Of a DNA stretch of 64,000 nt, positions 51,700-64,000 are shown in pieces. How positions within the stretch are numbered: the first letter of the stretch is position 1; every line of letters begins with the position of its first letter. The stretch comes from Octopus sinensis (lineage: Eukaryota): positions 76,818,001 through 76,882,000 of the forward strand of contig NC_043002.1 in the NCBI RefSeq assembly GCF_006345805.1. Direction: 5' to 3'. The translations under genes and the position numbers were made by a program. The notes beneath the pieces are model-generated. The model searched no databases, had not been told where the DNA came from, and saw only the letters and a program-made list of their open reading frames with translations.

Positions 51700-52235
51700 T
51701 TTGTACAGAAATTTATGCACATATGGGAAAAGGTTCTCCTTGAGGATGAAAGGAAGGGTTTATCAGAGTTGCATAAGATCTGCAATGCTGTATGGAAGCG
51801 AGACATGGTGTCTGAATGAAAGTGAAATGGAAATTTTGGGAAGGACCGAGAGAGCAATGGTGAGAGCAATATGTGATGTGAAACTATTGGATAAAAGGAG
51901 GGCTGAGGACTTGATGGGGATGCTGGGGTTGGAGGAATCGATGGAACAGCTGGCAAGGGCGAATGGAATGCGGTGGTATGCACATGTGTTGAGGAGGGAG
52001 AAGATCATGTTCTGAGGAGAGTGCTTGAGTGAATGAACCACGAAAGTGAGGTCAACCAAAGAAAACATCAAGGGGACAAATGGAGGAGGAGACTGAGAGG
52101 ATTGGCTTGAGGAGGGAGGACGTCCAAAACCAGATGAGATAGTGAGTGGTTGCTGTAGGAGTGAGGTAGATCCAGCCACCCCCGTTAATGGGGTCAAACC
52201 TGGATTTAAAATATTGGACGTCATCATCATCATCA
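51700..52235 (+). mobile_element. RTE LINE 3' end, 5'-truncated
   Basis: SLRMKGRVYQSCIRSAMLYGSETW..RTERAMVRAICDVKL..NGMRWYAHVLRR, then a (CAT)n tail. Confidence 0.9.
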
Positions 52236-53311
52236 AAAGGTGTTTTAGCATCTATGGCAGACTGGGAAAGGAAAAAGTTTTTTGGTGCAGCTGGTGATAT
52301 GAACAATTACTTGGATGACTCAGTGCAAGTAGTTATGTAACCTAAGTGACATAACTAGTGATGGCATTAATGATGACATAGTGGCTAGCATTTAATGACT
52401 GTAGAATAAGTTTTAGAAAATCATTACTTCCAGCGCAAATAGTGTCCCACATTGTAGTGAAGACTGTTTGTATGGCAATTGTAATGATCTATGGCAGTTA
52501 AACATTGGCTGTGAACATAAAGAATTCACAATAATTGGAGAATATGGAGAAGTATGATTTGAAGGATATTGAAAATTAACGCACAAGAAAAGATTATGTT
52601 CATGTGAAATAATATCAGAGATATTAACAGAGTGGTAAACTGAGAAGATTTGGAATTAATTTGATTGATTGAATTTGTGAATATTTGGTCTCATGGATGA
52701 GGTGGCATAAGATTGCAAGGCAAAGAGAGTGATGTTATATTGTAAATTCATTTAGTCTATGTTGGGAATACATCTATTAAAATTATGCTGATGAGGATAA
52801 TTTGAATAAAGAAGCATATGTTTAGATTAAATATATTAAATTATCTGCATTATATCAACCTCAGTGTCTTACTATAATTTTAATGCATTATCACTTGGGA
52901 ATGTTAATTAAATACAAAACTGTTAAGATTATCAAATTTACATAGACACTGAAGACAATCCCTCCATCTCAAACCATTTTGAAGAATTAGAATTACAGTA
53001 TAATTTAAGGAAGTTATATCTTCTCTCTATCAATAATGATCTTATTCAATCAATTCCCATTACACTTATCCTTTATAATATTATTGGCCTGTAGCCAATG
53101 CAGGAAATAAATTCTCATTTGTGCTCTTATTTACTATTACTCCTGAAAAGAATTCAAACTAGATTAAGAGAAGGTAAAACCAGGAGTCCAAGATAACTCA
53201 TGGTCAGGTTTGGCAGGTAAGATTTTGTTAAATTCGCCTAGAGGAGCAAAGAATCAGACATTTTGGCACTTTACCCTTGATTTGAGAGTGTGAAAGGAAG
53301 TAATATTGTAA

Positions 53312-53430
53312 CTTTGGCTGCAAACTAATTTATTTGTAGCCAAAGCAACAACCTCTCTCAGACAAAGGACTCTTTCTCTCTGACAAAGGATTCTCTCTCT
53401 CAGACAAAGGACAAAGTCTTGAAACATTAC
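53312..53430 (+). other. 13-bp hairpin plus a decayed hammerhead motif with a triplicated 5' half
   Basis: Hairpin CTTTGGCTGCAAA/TTTGTAGCCAAAG; three CTCTCTC(A/T)GACAAAGGA units; then AGGAC-AAA-GTCTT-GAAAC-ATT. Confidence 0.5.
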
Positions 53431-54302
53431 GTTCTTCATTGTTTAAACAGTCAAACATATGCAACTCATGTAAGAACTTAGTCATCATCATCATTTTTGT
53501 CTGCTTTTTCCATGCTGGCATGGGTTGGATGAACGTTATTGGGACAGTTATTGTTAGATGGCTTTCCTGAAGCATGCCCTTACTTGTTTTTAGCAAGACA
53601 ATTATATGTCTTTGCAACGTTCAGCCACAGAGCCTTCAGACTGTTGTTTTATGTGGGATATAAATACATCATTGCTGCTCAAGCACTGTTAGTGCAAAGG
53701 CACATACACATGCACACATCACACACACACACATTAATACAGGCACACCACCCACACATACATGCATGCAAGTATACCACACACATACATTCACACACAC
53801 ATGTATGTTGATGTTATGTATATGTGTGTATATATATATGTATATGTATGTATGTGTATATATGTATATGCATATATGTGCATGCATGTATGTGCGTGTG
53901 TGTGCATGCATGCATGCATTTACAGAAGTTATTTACCCAAAGTTCTGCAGAGGGGGACTGAACCCAGGACCATGTGATTTCGAAGTAAACTTGTAAACCA
54001 CACAGCCATACATATGTACACTCGTGATATTATTGTTGCTTGCATCATCTTATTTTGGATGTCTCAAGCGACCTAGCTAGGAAATCAATATCAGTTCCAT
54101 TATATGATAAAAGCATCTGTGTTGCTATTAAAAGTGCTAGAATTTCTCGGAAATAAATCTGTACAATTTATAGAAGCATTGATAAACAGATACAAAATGA
54201 TTAAAACTAAATGGAAGTTCAGTGGTTGACAAATATATTCCCTATGTTATGTATGAATATAACTCTGGTAGAACTTAAAAGCTTCAGTGAAATAATAGAA
54301 AA

Positions 54303-54589
54303 TTCAATTGACTATTTGGAAGTTTTGTAAATTGAAAGCTACTTGTATAATTTGGAATTTTTACACATTCTTCTTTTACACTAAACACCCACATTCCACT
54401 TTTATACACCCACACGGAACAGCATGTAACAAGGTGTGGTTCAGAAATAAAAACATACAAGTTAAATAATAATTGTATGAAGAAAAAACCATCAGTTTAC
54501 CATTAAATACAGCTCTATCTAATAGATAAAAGTATAAATTGAATATGTTTGTGCATAAGAACAAAATATATTACTGTTATGTTTGCAGT
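54303..54589 (+). repeat. Local direct duplication, copy 1 (partner at 55984-56269)
   Basis: Aligns by eye over ~285 bp at an offset of ~1680. Confidence 0.85.
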
Positions 54590-54842
54590 TTATCAAGCCG
54601 GCTTATCATTTATCCTTCTCATCTATTCATTTTAGCAGTTACCCATCAGTTTTATCTTATCAATTAAAGTGTTAATCTAAGTTAGATTCCATCGTACTAC
54701 AGATCTATCACACAATAAGTTGGTGTCAATGTCACAAATGCAAACTGATTATTTTCTTAAGTTACTAAGCCAAATTCCATTTTTGGGGGTGTGGTTCATA
54801 GTTTGAAAAGAGCCCAGCATTCTATTACTTAGTATGTCTCTC

Positions 54843-55465
54843 TCTTTTACTCTTTTACATGTTTCAGTCATTTGACTGTGGCCATGCTGGAGCACCACCT
54901 TTAGTCGAGCAGATCGACCCCAGGACTTATTCTTTGTAAGCCTAGTACTTATTCTATCAGTTTCTTTTGTCCAACTGCTAAGTTACAGGGATGTAAGCAC
55001 ACCAGCATCGGTTGTCAAACGATGTTGGAGGGACAAACGCAGACACACAAACATGCAAGCTGGCAGAAACGTTAGCGCCCCGGGCGAAATGCTTAGCAGT
55101 ATTTCGTCTGACATTACGTTCTGAGTTCAAATTCCGCCGAGGTAGACTTTGCCTTTCATCCTTTCGGGGTCGATAAATAAAGTATCAGTTTTGCACTGGG
55201 GTCGATGTAATCGACTTAATCCATTTGTCTGTCCTTGTTTGTCCCCTCTATATTTAGCCCCTTGTGGGTAGTAAAGAAATATATATATGTATACATATAT
55301 ACGATGGGCTTCTTTCAGTTTCTGTCTACCAAATCCACTCACAAGACTTTGGTCAGCCTGAGGCTATAGTAGAAGGCACTTGCCCAAGGTGCTGCACAGT
55401 GGGATTGAACCCGGAACCATGTGGTTTGTAAGCATTCCACTTACTACACAGCCACTCCTACACCT
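54843..55465 (-). mobile_element. SINE A with a plus-strand SINE B (~55058-55280) inserted in its central microsatellite
   Basis: A tail, B body and A head, in that order. Confidence 0.85.
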
Positions 55466-55983
55466 ATGTGCTAACATTTTATTAAAACTTTCAATTCACT
55501 TTATTTTATTTTATCAACATTCTAACTGAAGGCATATTGCTGCAGGTATTATACAAACTGATACCAGAAAGTTCCTTGACCAGGTCTAAAAAATAGAAAT
55601 CCTCTTCCTCTGCAACAGGGCCATAGAGGCTCTAAGCATGTAAAAGACTTTGGTGCCCGTGAATATATGTAATTCAAAATACAAACAATAATAAACCATA
55701 ACTGAATTTTTGTTTTTCAAACTGAAGCAATGATGGAAAATAATGTTTATATTTGTATACTTTTACTTTATTTATATAGGACAAGTTTTCTCCTACTTTT
55801 TAATTGCAAAATCTTTGATTAGATCATCACTATGACACCCTGAACACTTTGAAATTATATTTTCAATCATATAAACCACTTTGAATATTATTTTAGCAAG
55901 TTTAAAGTAATTTTTTTTGTGCCATAAACCATTCACCATTTCTGTGGTGCCTGATGTCTTAAGCACGTGCTTATTTTGCTTAT

Positions 55984-56269
55984 TTCAATTGACTATTTGG
56001 AAGTTTTGTAAATTGAAAACTACTTGTATAATTTAGAATTTTATACATTCTTCTTTTGCATTTTACACCCACACTCCACTTTTATACACCCACACAAAAC
56101 AGCATGTAATGAGGTGTGGCTCAGAAGCAAAAACAAACAAGTTAAATAATAATTATATAAAGAAAAAGTCATCAGCCTTAATGTTAAATGCAGCTCCATC
56201 TGGTAGATAAAAATATAGATTAAATTTGTTTTGTGCATAAAATAGAATATTTATTGTTATGCTTGCAGT
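55984..56269 (+). repeat. Local direct duplication, copy 2
   Basis: Matches 54303-54589. Confidence 0.85.
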
Positions 56270-56926
56270 GCTGCTCTGCAACAACTGTTGTTTTGTGTCT
56301 GGTCCTAAGTCATAAACACAACTTTCATCACTTATGATGATTCGCAAGATGGAATTTGGGTTGTCATAAGCCTTCTCATGAAGCTCAAGGCACACATCAA
56401 AACACTAATAATTTTGATCGAGTGCCAAGATCCAGAGGACATATATAATAGCAAAAGGATGCATGTTCAAGTTTTCCATGAGAATTTCCTCACTGATTCC
56501 ACAACTGATTCCAATCATGTTTGAAATGAATTGTTTGGCAATAATCCTAATAGAATTCAAATTTTTTTTTCCACATTTGTTAGCATTTTACTAGTGAATA
56601 GTCAGTTTGAACCAACAATCAGTTGGCCTTGTTTGACCTAAAGACCATTCAACAAAGTTTGATGAATGGTCTCAAGGAGCAGATCTGCTGAGCTTCATGC
56701 AAAATTTGATGTCAGCATGTTGCTTGAATTTGTCTGGCATTGTAAGAGTCACTAAGCCATGTTATGAAACCTCACCTAATGATTGCAAATGAGTAGATAA
56801 TATAAAAGTCTCTTTGTAGACTCAGGTTGTTGGTTGGTTATCAAATGATAATTAGCTGTGCAAGCGTTTTTGCTGAACTGCATAATCACAGTGTATGCAA
56901 ACCAGAAACCTTCTGGTAACACCTCA
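56270..56926 (-). mobile_element. Mariner 5' half, decayed
   Basis: LELHEKAYDNPNSILRIIISDESCVYDLGPDTKQQ matches the RIITGDESWVYGYDPETKQQS motif. TIR-like TGAGGTGTTACCAGAAGGTTTCTGG next to TA at 56927-56928. Confidence 0.75.
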
Positions 56927-57452
56927 TATTGTTTCAAGACAATATTTTAAACTCTGTTTGTTTCCTAAAACAACATTCTACATAATCCAGTCAATTACTT
57001 CATGTATTACTTATCTTCATTCAGTGTCGATTAATGAATGGATGTTTTGGAGTCTTTGTTTGGACTGATTGCAAGAAGATAAATATGAGTTGATGAGAAT
57101 TACTGATGTAGAGGAAATGAAAATATGCAGCAATCTAGAATTAAAAACCAGTCCATGTTGTCAATTTGATGGGACAAGTCTCCTAGGTTACGCCCTTTCT
57201 TTTGCACTAAAAAATATATATATATAATTCCAGAAATAATATTCTTCATTAATATTCTTAATTAAGTCTAGATCATAAATAATATAGTATTTTTAATTGA
57301 TATTTTTGATTAAATCTGGATCATAAAATATTTGTTTAATATGATTTCCTAATATATTAAAGGAATAAAGCATCAACAATTGTCATAAAATTTTTTTTTG
57401 GTGAAAGCTGAAAGGAATTTTCATGAGGAATTCATTTCAAATATATATCTTA

Positions 57453-58007
57453 CGAGCAAAACGTCCCCCCTGTCCAATGGACGGTGCTGAGTTGTCAAAA
57501 ATTTAAACCAAATTTTCTCAAAACAACTTGTCCGACCGTCCCATAGACTTCCCCTTTGAGAAACACTGATTTAACCTAAATTTGAGACACCAGCAAAAGA
57601 AGAAATAAAGATAGACTTTTTTCTATTCCAAAGAAAAACGATTTTATTCACACAAATATGCAACTGAAGAGTTTAAAGTACCAGTAATGATAAGGCTGTT
57701 GACTGGGAGAACACAAACATGGTTTAAATAGTAGGCTTGGCAGGAAAGAAACGTACCTTTAAGCAATACAAAACCAATAAAAATGGTAGGTGCAGTTATG
57801 TACAGGTTCACGGAAGAAAAGCAGGACAAAAACGGCTTTATCGATCGTATTCTCACCTGGAATCGATATTTGTAATTTTTTCAAGACTTATACACGCCCT
57901 GATACCGTCGGTATCTACGTATCAAAATTGAGCACAATCGGATAGAGGATGTCCGAGATCCGAGAAGACACACACACAGACAGGCAGAACGGATTTTATA
58001 TAAGAGA
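57453..58007 (-). mobile_element. Young non-autonomous Helitron-like element (555 bp)
   Basis: Minus strand: A|TCTCTTATATAAAATCC..CGTCC-ATTGGACAGGGG-GGACG TTTTG CTCG|T. It has a 5' TC, a subterminal hairpin, a CTCG end, an A|T target and no TSD. CpG-rich relative to the flanks. Confidence 0.6.
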
Positions 58008-58329
58008 TTATCTATTCTAGACAGTAAGATATCACCATCATCATCACTGTCATCATCGTTGTCATTGTCATTGTCGTTGTCTTCTTTGTTGTCATTGTTG
58101 TCATCATCATCATTATTATCTAATGTCCATGTACTCTGTTGGTATGGGTTGGATGGTTTGTCAAGATCTAACAGGTCTGAAGATTGTATTGTGTTTCAGT
58201 ATCTGCTTTGATATGGATTCTATGGCTGGATGCCATTCCCAACACCCACCCCTTTGCAACATGTACTAAGTACTTTTTTTTTGTTGCATCAGCACTAGTG
58301 GTGTTACCATGCAGTCTGCAAGACTAAGA

Positions 58330-59215
58330 TCCCCTTTGACAAAGTGGAAAGTGATGCAGATTTATGTTATGAGATGAAGGGCTAAAAGTGTGAGAAAACA
58401 GACCAGAATAGTTTTCTTGCTGCAAGAAAGCTACACAGTTACTTAGATTATAGAAAAGGGTGTGGTTGGGATGGAAGTGGAAGGAGATGAAAAATAGTGG
58501 GGTTGTAGTGTCAGAGTGGACCCTCAAGATGCATGGTGAGTAGAAGTGAGAATGGACATGACAATAGGAAATGTGGGTGGTTAGAGGTGTAGAGGTTGCA
58601 AGAGTGTATGGGAGATGAGAAATGGTTTGAGAAAGGGGCGGGTTGAGATGGGGTGAATATTATGAACAAGGGTTGAAAGGTAAGCAGGGGAAGTAGGGAA
58701 GAGGGAATAGTAGGTGATGACTGTAGAAATTGGGTAGGGATGAAGGGGTTGTGGAAAAAACAATGATATATGAGTTGAAAGGTGGTCAGGGAGGGAGATG
58801 GCAGACAGTGCAGAAAAGTGGGTTGAATAGAGAAGAGCAACAGAATAATAATAATAAGAAAGATACTGCAGACAGGAAAAGAAAGTATTGGGCGTAAAAT
58901 GAGAGAGAGGGGAAATGACACGTGGTTATGGGAAGATGTAGTGAATGGTGGAATGGAAGATGTATGGTGGTGGAGGAGAGATAATTTGGTGATTCGGGGT
59001 GGGTGATAAATGTAAAATGTGGGTGGAGAGGACAGTATTAAGTATGAAAGATAGATAAGAGTGAAATGATTCTTGGTAGTAAGCAGGTTAAGTGGTATCA
59101 GGAAAAAGCTAAAGTATGCAATTCTGTCACATCTAATTACAGTAGCAAAATAATGGATAGTAGGAATGTCTTGAAGAGGAAATTTGGGTGGGTGGAGACA
59201 GCTGTGCATACACAC
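58330..59215. repeat. Strongly purine/pyrimidine-skewed degenerate block, probably an old retroelement
   Basis: G/A-rich plus strand. The 234-aa minus ORF is L/S/P/F/H low-complexity with no recognisable motif. Confidence 0.3.
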
Positions 59216-59269
59216 ACACAGAGTGTGCTTCTAGAATTTCAGTTTCTCTGAAGTGGGCAGGTCTTCTCA

Positions 59270-59410
59270 AGACCATGTCAACAATCATCCTAGTACTCGG
59301 TCATCTTCTCTATGAAGTTCAAGGTTCCTGAGATCAGCCTTCACCACTTTGCCCCATGGCTTCCTGGGTCCTCCATCTTCTGCAAGTTCCACCCACATTA
59401 AATGGCTTGA
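59270..59410 (-). mobile_element. RTE 3' fragment
   Basis: GGPRKPWGKVVKADLRNLEL matches the GRPRKTW..V..DL motif. Confidence 0.6.
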
Positions 59411-60924
59411 GAATTTAGATCTGTACATGTGCTTTAAATTAAGTCTTCTGTAGAATATTTTTTCTTCTTTTTTGTTTTTTTTAGAATGCACTCAATAGTC
59501 TCTCTTGACTTGTAATTGTTCCCAATCAAGGCAGCTATTTTTCTCAGCATTTACCCTTTCTTGCAATATCTCTTTACTGAATATTTTGAGCAGTTTTTCC
59601 TTTCTTACTGCTTCATCTCTTTGGAAACCACAGCTTCACCATTGTTCAAAGTAGTTGTGAAGGAGCATGGCTTCGTAGTTAGAGGTATTTGGCTGATGAT
59701 TATAAGGCCATAAGTTCAGTTTCCAATGACTCATTGAGCCCTTGAGCAAGATACTTTATTTCACATAGCTCCAGTGCACTCAGCTGGCTAAAAGGAGTAG
59801 TACCTGTGTCACGCTGAATTTTCATGAGAACTACATTAAGGGTACACATATCTGTGGGATGCTCAGCCACTTGCACATTAATTACATGAACAGGCTTTTC
59901 CATTGATCAGATAAAATGGAACACTCACCATCATAATCAACAATGCCAGTTTAATCAAAGTAGTTATGGATTAAAACTTCACACAAATCTCCCTTGTATA
60001 TTTTCACCTTCCTTGCACAAGTGAGTGTCCATATCTTCCTCCTTAGGTGATTAAATGAAATATTTTCACAGAATTCTCTTTATGAGAAAATTGTGTTGTT
60101 CTCTTACAACAATAGCTGGATTTGGAAAATGAAAACTGTTGCCATTTCATGAAATTTAATCTTCTATAATTTATGAAGGAAAAAATTTTAGTTTTTTCTC
60201 TTCAGTTGAAAACTCAATTTAGGAAATACCCGTTTGAAAGGAGATGAATACAATGAGATAAATAAAACACATAAAAGATAAAATGAACTACAGAGGTGTT
60301 AAATAAGTAAATAAAATGGAAATTTTGTTAAAAGAGAGTAATTTACAATTTGTAATTATTGATAATTATCACGTTAAGAAGGATGTAGTTTTGAAAGAAA
60401 GCAAAGTATATATAAATGGATAAATAAATAAACCATATTGAAGTTTCCTGAATTAATTTTCATTGTGACGAAAATGAAAACAAAGAACTGCTTAGCGTGT
60501 GAAAGGAAGAAAGAAAATAAACACAAGTTATTATCATCAAAAACAACAGAAGCAATATTTTCCATTAGAAGAAAAGCCAACAACTTGAAAGAATCAATAA
60601 CAGCTTCAGCACTAAGGATGCATTAATGTAAAAAAGAACATCAGCTACAACAGTTCTGTGTTAAGCTGAGATTTTTAATGATTGTCAAAGCAATAATTCT
60701 TAGCGAGGTTTAAGCAGTGGCAAGAAACAATATCAATACAAATCTGTAAATTCTTTTTCATTTTCCAGCTTTTCTGATCCAAACACATCAGGAAAAAATA
60801 ATAAATAAATAAATTAAATCATCGATATTTCTACCTTGAAAAATTTACTGTTTATTTAATTAAACCATTTTGTAGAATTGTTTTAAAACATTTAACTAAT
60901 TTTTGAAGAATGAGATACGAAACT

Positions 60925-61325
60925 TTTACTTTTTTTACTTGTTTCAGTTACTGGAATATGACCATAGTGGGGCACTGCCTTGAAGAGTTTAGTCAAACAG
61001 GTCAACCCCTGCTACTTTTTTTAAGTCACTTATTTTATCAATCTCCTTTGTTGAACTGCTAAATTATGAGTGTGAAAACAAACCAACACTGTTTGTCAAG
61101 CAGTGGTGAGGGACAAACATAATGCACATGCATGCATGCATGTGTGCTCACGTGCACACACACAATTGGTTTCTTTCAGTTTCTTTCTGCCAAAACCACT
61201 TGCAAGGATTTGGTTTCCCCAAAGTTATTGCAGAAAACACCCAAGGTGCCTCACAGTGGGACTGAACTCACAATAATGTAGTGGTTGGTAAGGAAGTTTG
61301 TTAACTACACACCACACCCGCACCT
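60925..61325 (-). mobile_element. Diverged SINE family A
   Basis: Degenerate head and tail motifs. Confidence 0.7.
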
Positions 61326-61349
61326 ATATATATATATATATATATAACA

Positions 61350-62600
61350 CAGGGTGTTCCAAAAAAATGTATACACACTTTAGCAGCTGATAACTCAATT
61401 GATGTTTTTATTTCCAGATTAAACTCATTGGAATGAATGATGGCAGTCAGACTAAGCTTTGAACAAAGGAAATTCATTCTAAAATGCTACTGGAAGTGTG
61501 AAAATGATGCAGTTGAAGTGCAAAAACAGTTTAGGAGGGAGTTTCAAACAGACCCACCAGCGCGACTTACCATTACTCGAATTAAAAATAAGTTTGAAGT
61601 CGATGAAACTGTTCAGAATGTCCATGAGAAGCATTCCGGAAGACCACGAACATCAACAAGCCTCACAAAACAAGAGGGAGTGCTGGAAATGTATCACCAA
61701 AGTCCAAGAAAATCTGTGTGGCAAATCTGTGAGGTAGGTATTTCCAAATCGTCTGTTGAACGCATTTTGAAGAGTTGTCAATGGAAAAGTTATGCTCCAA
61801 GATTAGACCATGCTATTAATGATTATGATTCTGACCAAAGAGTGCAATATTGCGAGTGGTACTTGGCACGATGTGTAGAAGATGCACACTTTCCAACAAA
61901 GATTGGGTGGAGTGATGAGGCCACATTCAAATCAAATGGTTCAATTAACTTCCACAATTGCACCTACTGGGGACCTGAGAAGCTGCATGTTATGGTGGAA
62001 CACCATGTAAGTGTACCAGGATTTACAGTGTGGTGTGGCTTATCATCAAGAAGATAAATTGGACCATTCTTTTTTGACAGTACTGAGACTAGTCCCGTTT
62101 ACTTGAACTTGCTGCAACAGTCTGTCATGGAAAACACTTGAAGACTTTGAAGATGAGGAGTTCTATTTTCAGAAAGATGGGGCACCCCCACACTACCATT
62201 GCGATGTTAGATCCTTCCTTGATGAGATCTTGCCGAACAGGTGGATTGGACAAAAGGGTTTTATTGAATACCTGCCACATTCACCAGACCTCACACCATT
62301 AGACATTTTTTTATGAGGATACCTAAACGATAAAGTCCACACTATGAAACCTGCAACAGTCACTGATTTGAGAGCAGCCACTGAACAAGAATGCACACAA
62401 ATACCAAACGAATTGTTTCATGATGCTTGCGATTCCATTGCTTCACGTTGTCAGCAGTGCCTGGACCAGAATGGACGTCAGTTTGAAAACAGGCATTGAC
62501 AAAACAATAAAATATTCTATTAAATTTTGAAAATGAAATGTATTTTAATAAACACCTACTTTATAATTATTCAAAGTGTGTATACATTTTTGGGATACCC

Positions 62601-62602
<2 letters not shown>
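61350..62602 (+). mobile_element. Full-length DD41D (rosa/Visitor family) Tc1/mariner transposon, 1253 bp
   Basis: TIRs CAGGGTGTTCCAAAAAAATGTATACACACTTT and TAGGGTATCCCAAAAAATGTATACACACTTT, both in (TA)n. Motifs WSDEA, FQKDGAPPH and SPDLTPLD, with 41 residues between the 2nd and 3rd Asp (counted). Confidence 0.93.
61437..62499 (+). pseudogene. DD41D transposase pseudogene
   Basis: A 206-aa open N-terminus (HTH region to WCGLSS), an in-frame TAA at 62055, a frameshift near 62140 and a TGA replacing Trp at ~62314. Ends GRQFENRH*. Confidence 0.9.
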
Positions 62603-62636
<34 letters not shown>

Positions 62637-64000
62637 CTGTATACAAGAGAAACCCATCCACCCATACCTAAACTTATCAACACTCCTTAAACTCTGTATC
62701 ATCAGTGGGGTGCACTCTGTATCTCTTCTTTGCATTGCAACAAACTTTCCTCTGAACTCAGTGGCTGTATATTTTCTTTACTCATGTCATGTATACACTC
62801 TCTTACATCATTGTTCTAGAAATCTTTTCCCGCCCATATTTAGTCTTCAAATTTCTAACCAAACACAATATCATTCATTTTAAGTGCATCCAGTCAATAT
62901 ACCCTGCCTTAAAAAAAAATATTAAAAACCCCAAAGGTATGAGTATCGTTTTTCCTTCTTCGGCTAACACAAAAGAAAGTTCTTTTTGTGTAGCTAAGCC
63001 ACAATTGTGAGTGGAACTTAGTATTAAGCTAGTTTTCAGCAACCTTACTCAACTGAGAGAAACTTGTAGTTCTAACAGTATGTAATCATAAATCTTTGCT
63101 CAGTAATTGTGCTTATTTATTGACTGTATGGCACCCTTGAATAGGCATCTTCTGCCATAGTCTTAGCTTGATAAATATCTTCATCATCATTATCCTCCTC
63201 CTCTCCTCCTCCTCATCATCATCATCATTTAACATCCACTTTCCATACTGGCATGGGTTGGACGGTTTGACTGAGGACTGGTAAGCCAGAAAGCTGCACC
63301 AGGCTCCAATCTGAGTATCTTGTGAGTAGAACATGGTAGATGGAAACTGTGCTGAAACTCCTCATTTATATATGTATATGTGTGTGTCTATTTTCTTGTC
63401 ATTGTTGCATAAAAATGCAATCATCAGAGGTAAAATGACGATGTGTTGTGCCAAAAAGCATAACTTAGCAATTTGTCAAATCAATATTGATGAAATAAGT
63501 AAAGTCAATTTATTGATTAAAGCCCTTCAAGGTGGTGCTCTAACACAGCCACAATCCAATGACTGAAATCAGTAAAAGAATAAAAGAATAAAAAAAGTTA
63601 ACAACTGTTTTGCTTGCCAGTTCATGCCAGAGAAAGAATTGAAGTATTAGAGACATGTAATGCAAAAATATGATCAATGCCAGCTTAAAATATACAGCAA
63701 AATGCTAATAGAATATAGATTTGACTAAAACCGCAGAATATGCGGGATGAGGACAGTTAGATCAGATTTTAACAGGTTAGGCTTCACCGAACAAGTAATG
63801 AAGGGTTTGAGTCACACAGAGAGATGTTGAATTGAAGACCTATCAATTTTCCTTATTAATGTACTGAAAGCAAAAATATTGAAATATTCGGCCCTTTTTT
63901 TTCTTCTCACCTACCTCAAGAATAATTGCAATAATCATTCATTCATTCATGTAACAGGAATTGCCTCTGTTGGACAGTAACCGAGTCTTGTAAAATTTCT

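Noticed and set aside
60374-60830. Hydrophobic membrane-protein-like minus ORF
   Set aside because: It is the antisense of an A-rich stretch whose plus frame weakly resembles a CR1/L2 linker (AEIFND); T-richness explains the hydrophobicity.

Overview
AT-rich eukaryotic genomic DNA with dense microsatellites and many retroposons. The SINE families look like those of octopus (coleoid cephalopod); this is recognition by eye, not a database result. I found no intact protein-coding gene, rRNA, tRNA or CRISPR array. The window is mostly decayed transposons: a head-to-tail pair of L1/Tx1 fragments, RTE and CR1/L2 tails, a restriction-endonuclease-type (R4/NeSL-like) retroposon tail triplicated in identical 590-bp units, four mariner relics, a full-length DD41D (rosa/Visitor) Tc1-mariner, a hAT MITE, a young non-autonomous Helitron, and more than 30 tRNA-derived SINE copies. 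The most interesting signal is non-coding. There are five hammerhead-ribozyme-like motifs of the Penelope/retrozyme type; two of them, about 0.6 kb apart at 30.0 and 30.7 kb, retain the core consensus motifs. I also found local kb-scale duplications (one flanked by 11-bp direct repeats), near-perfect palindromes, and a weak chain of possible host-gene exons that I could not resolve or name.
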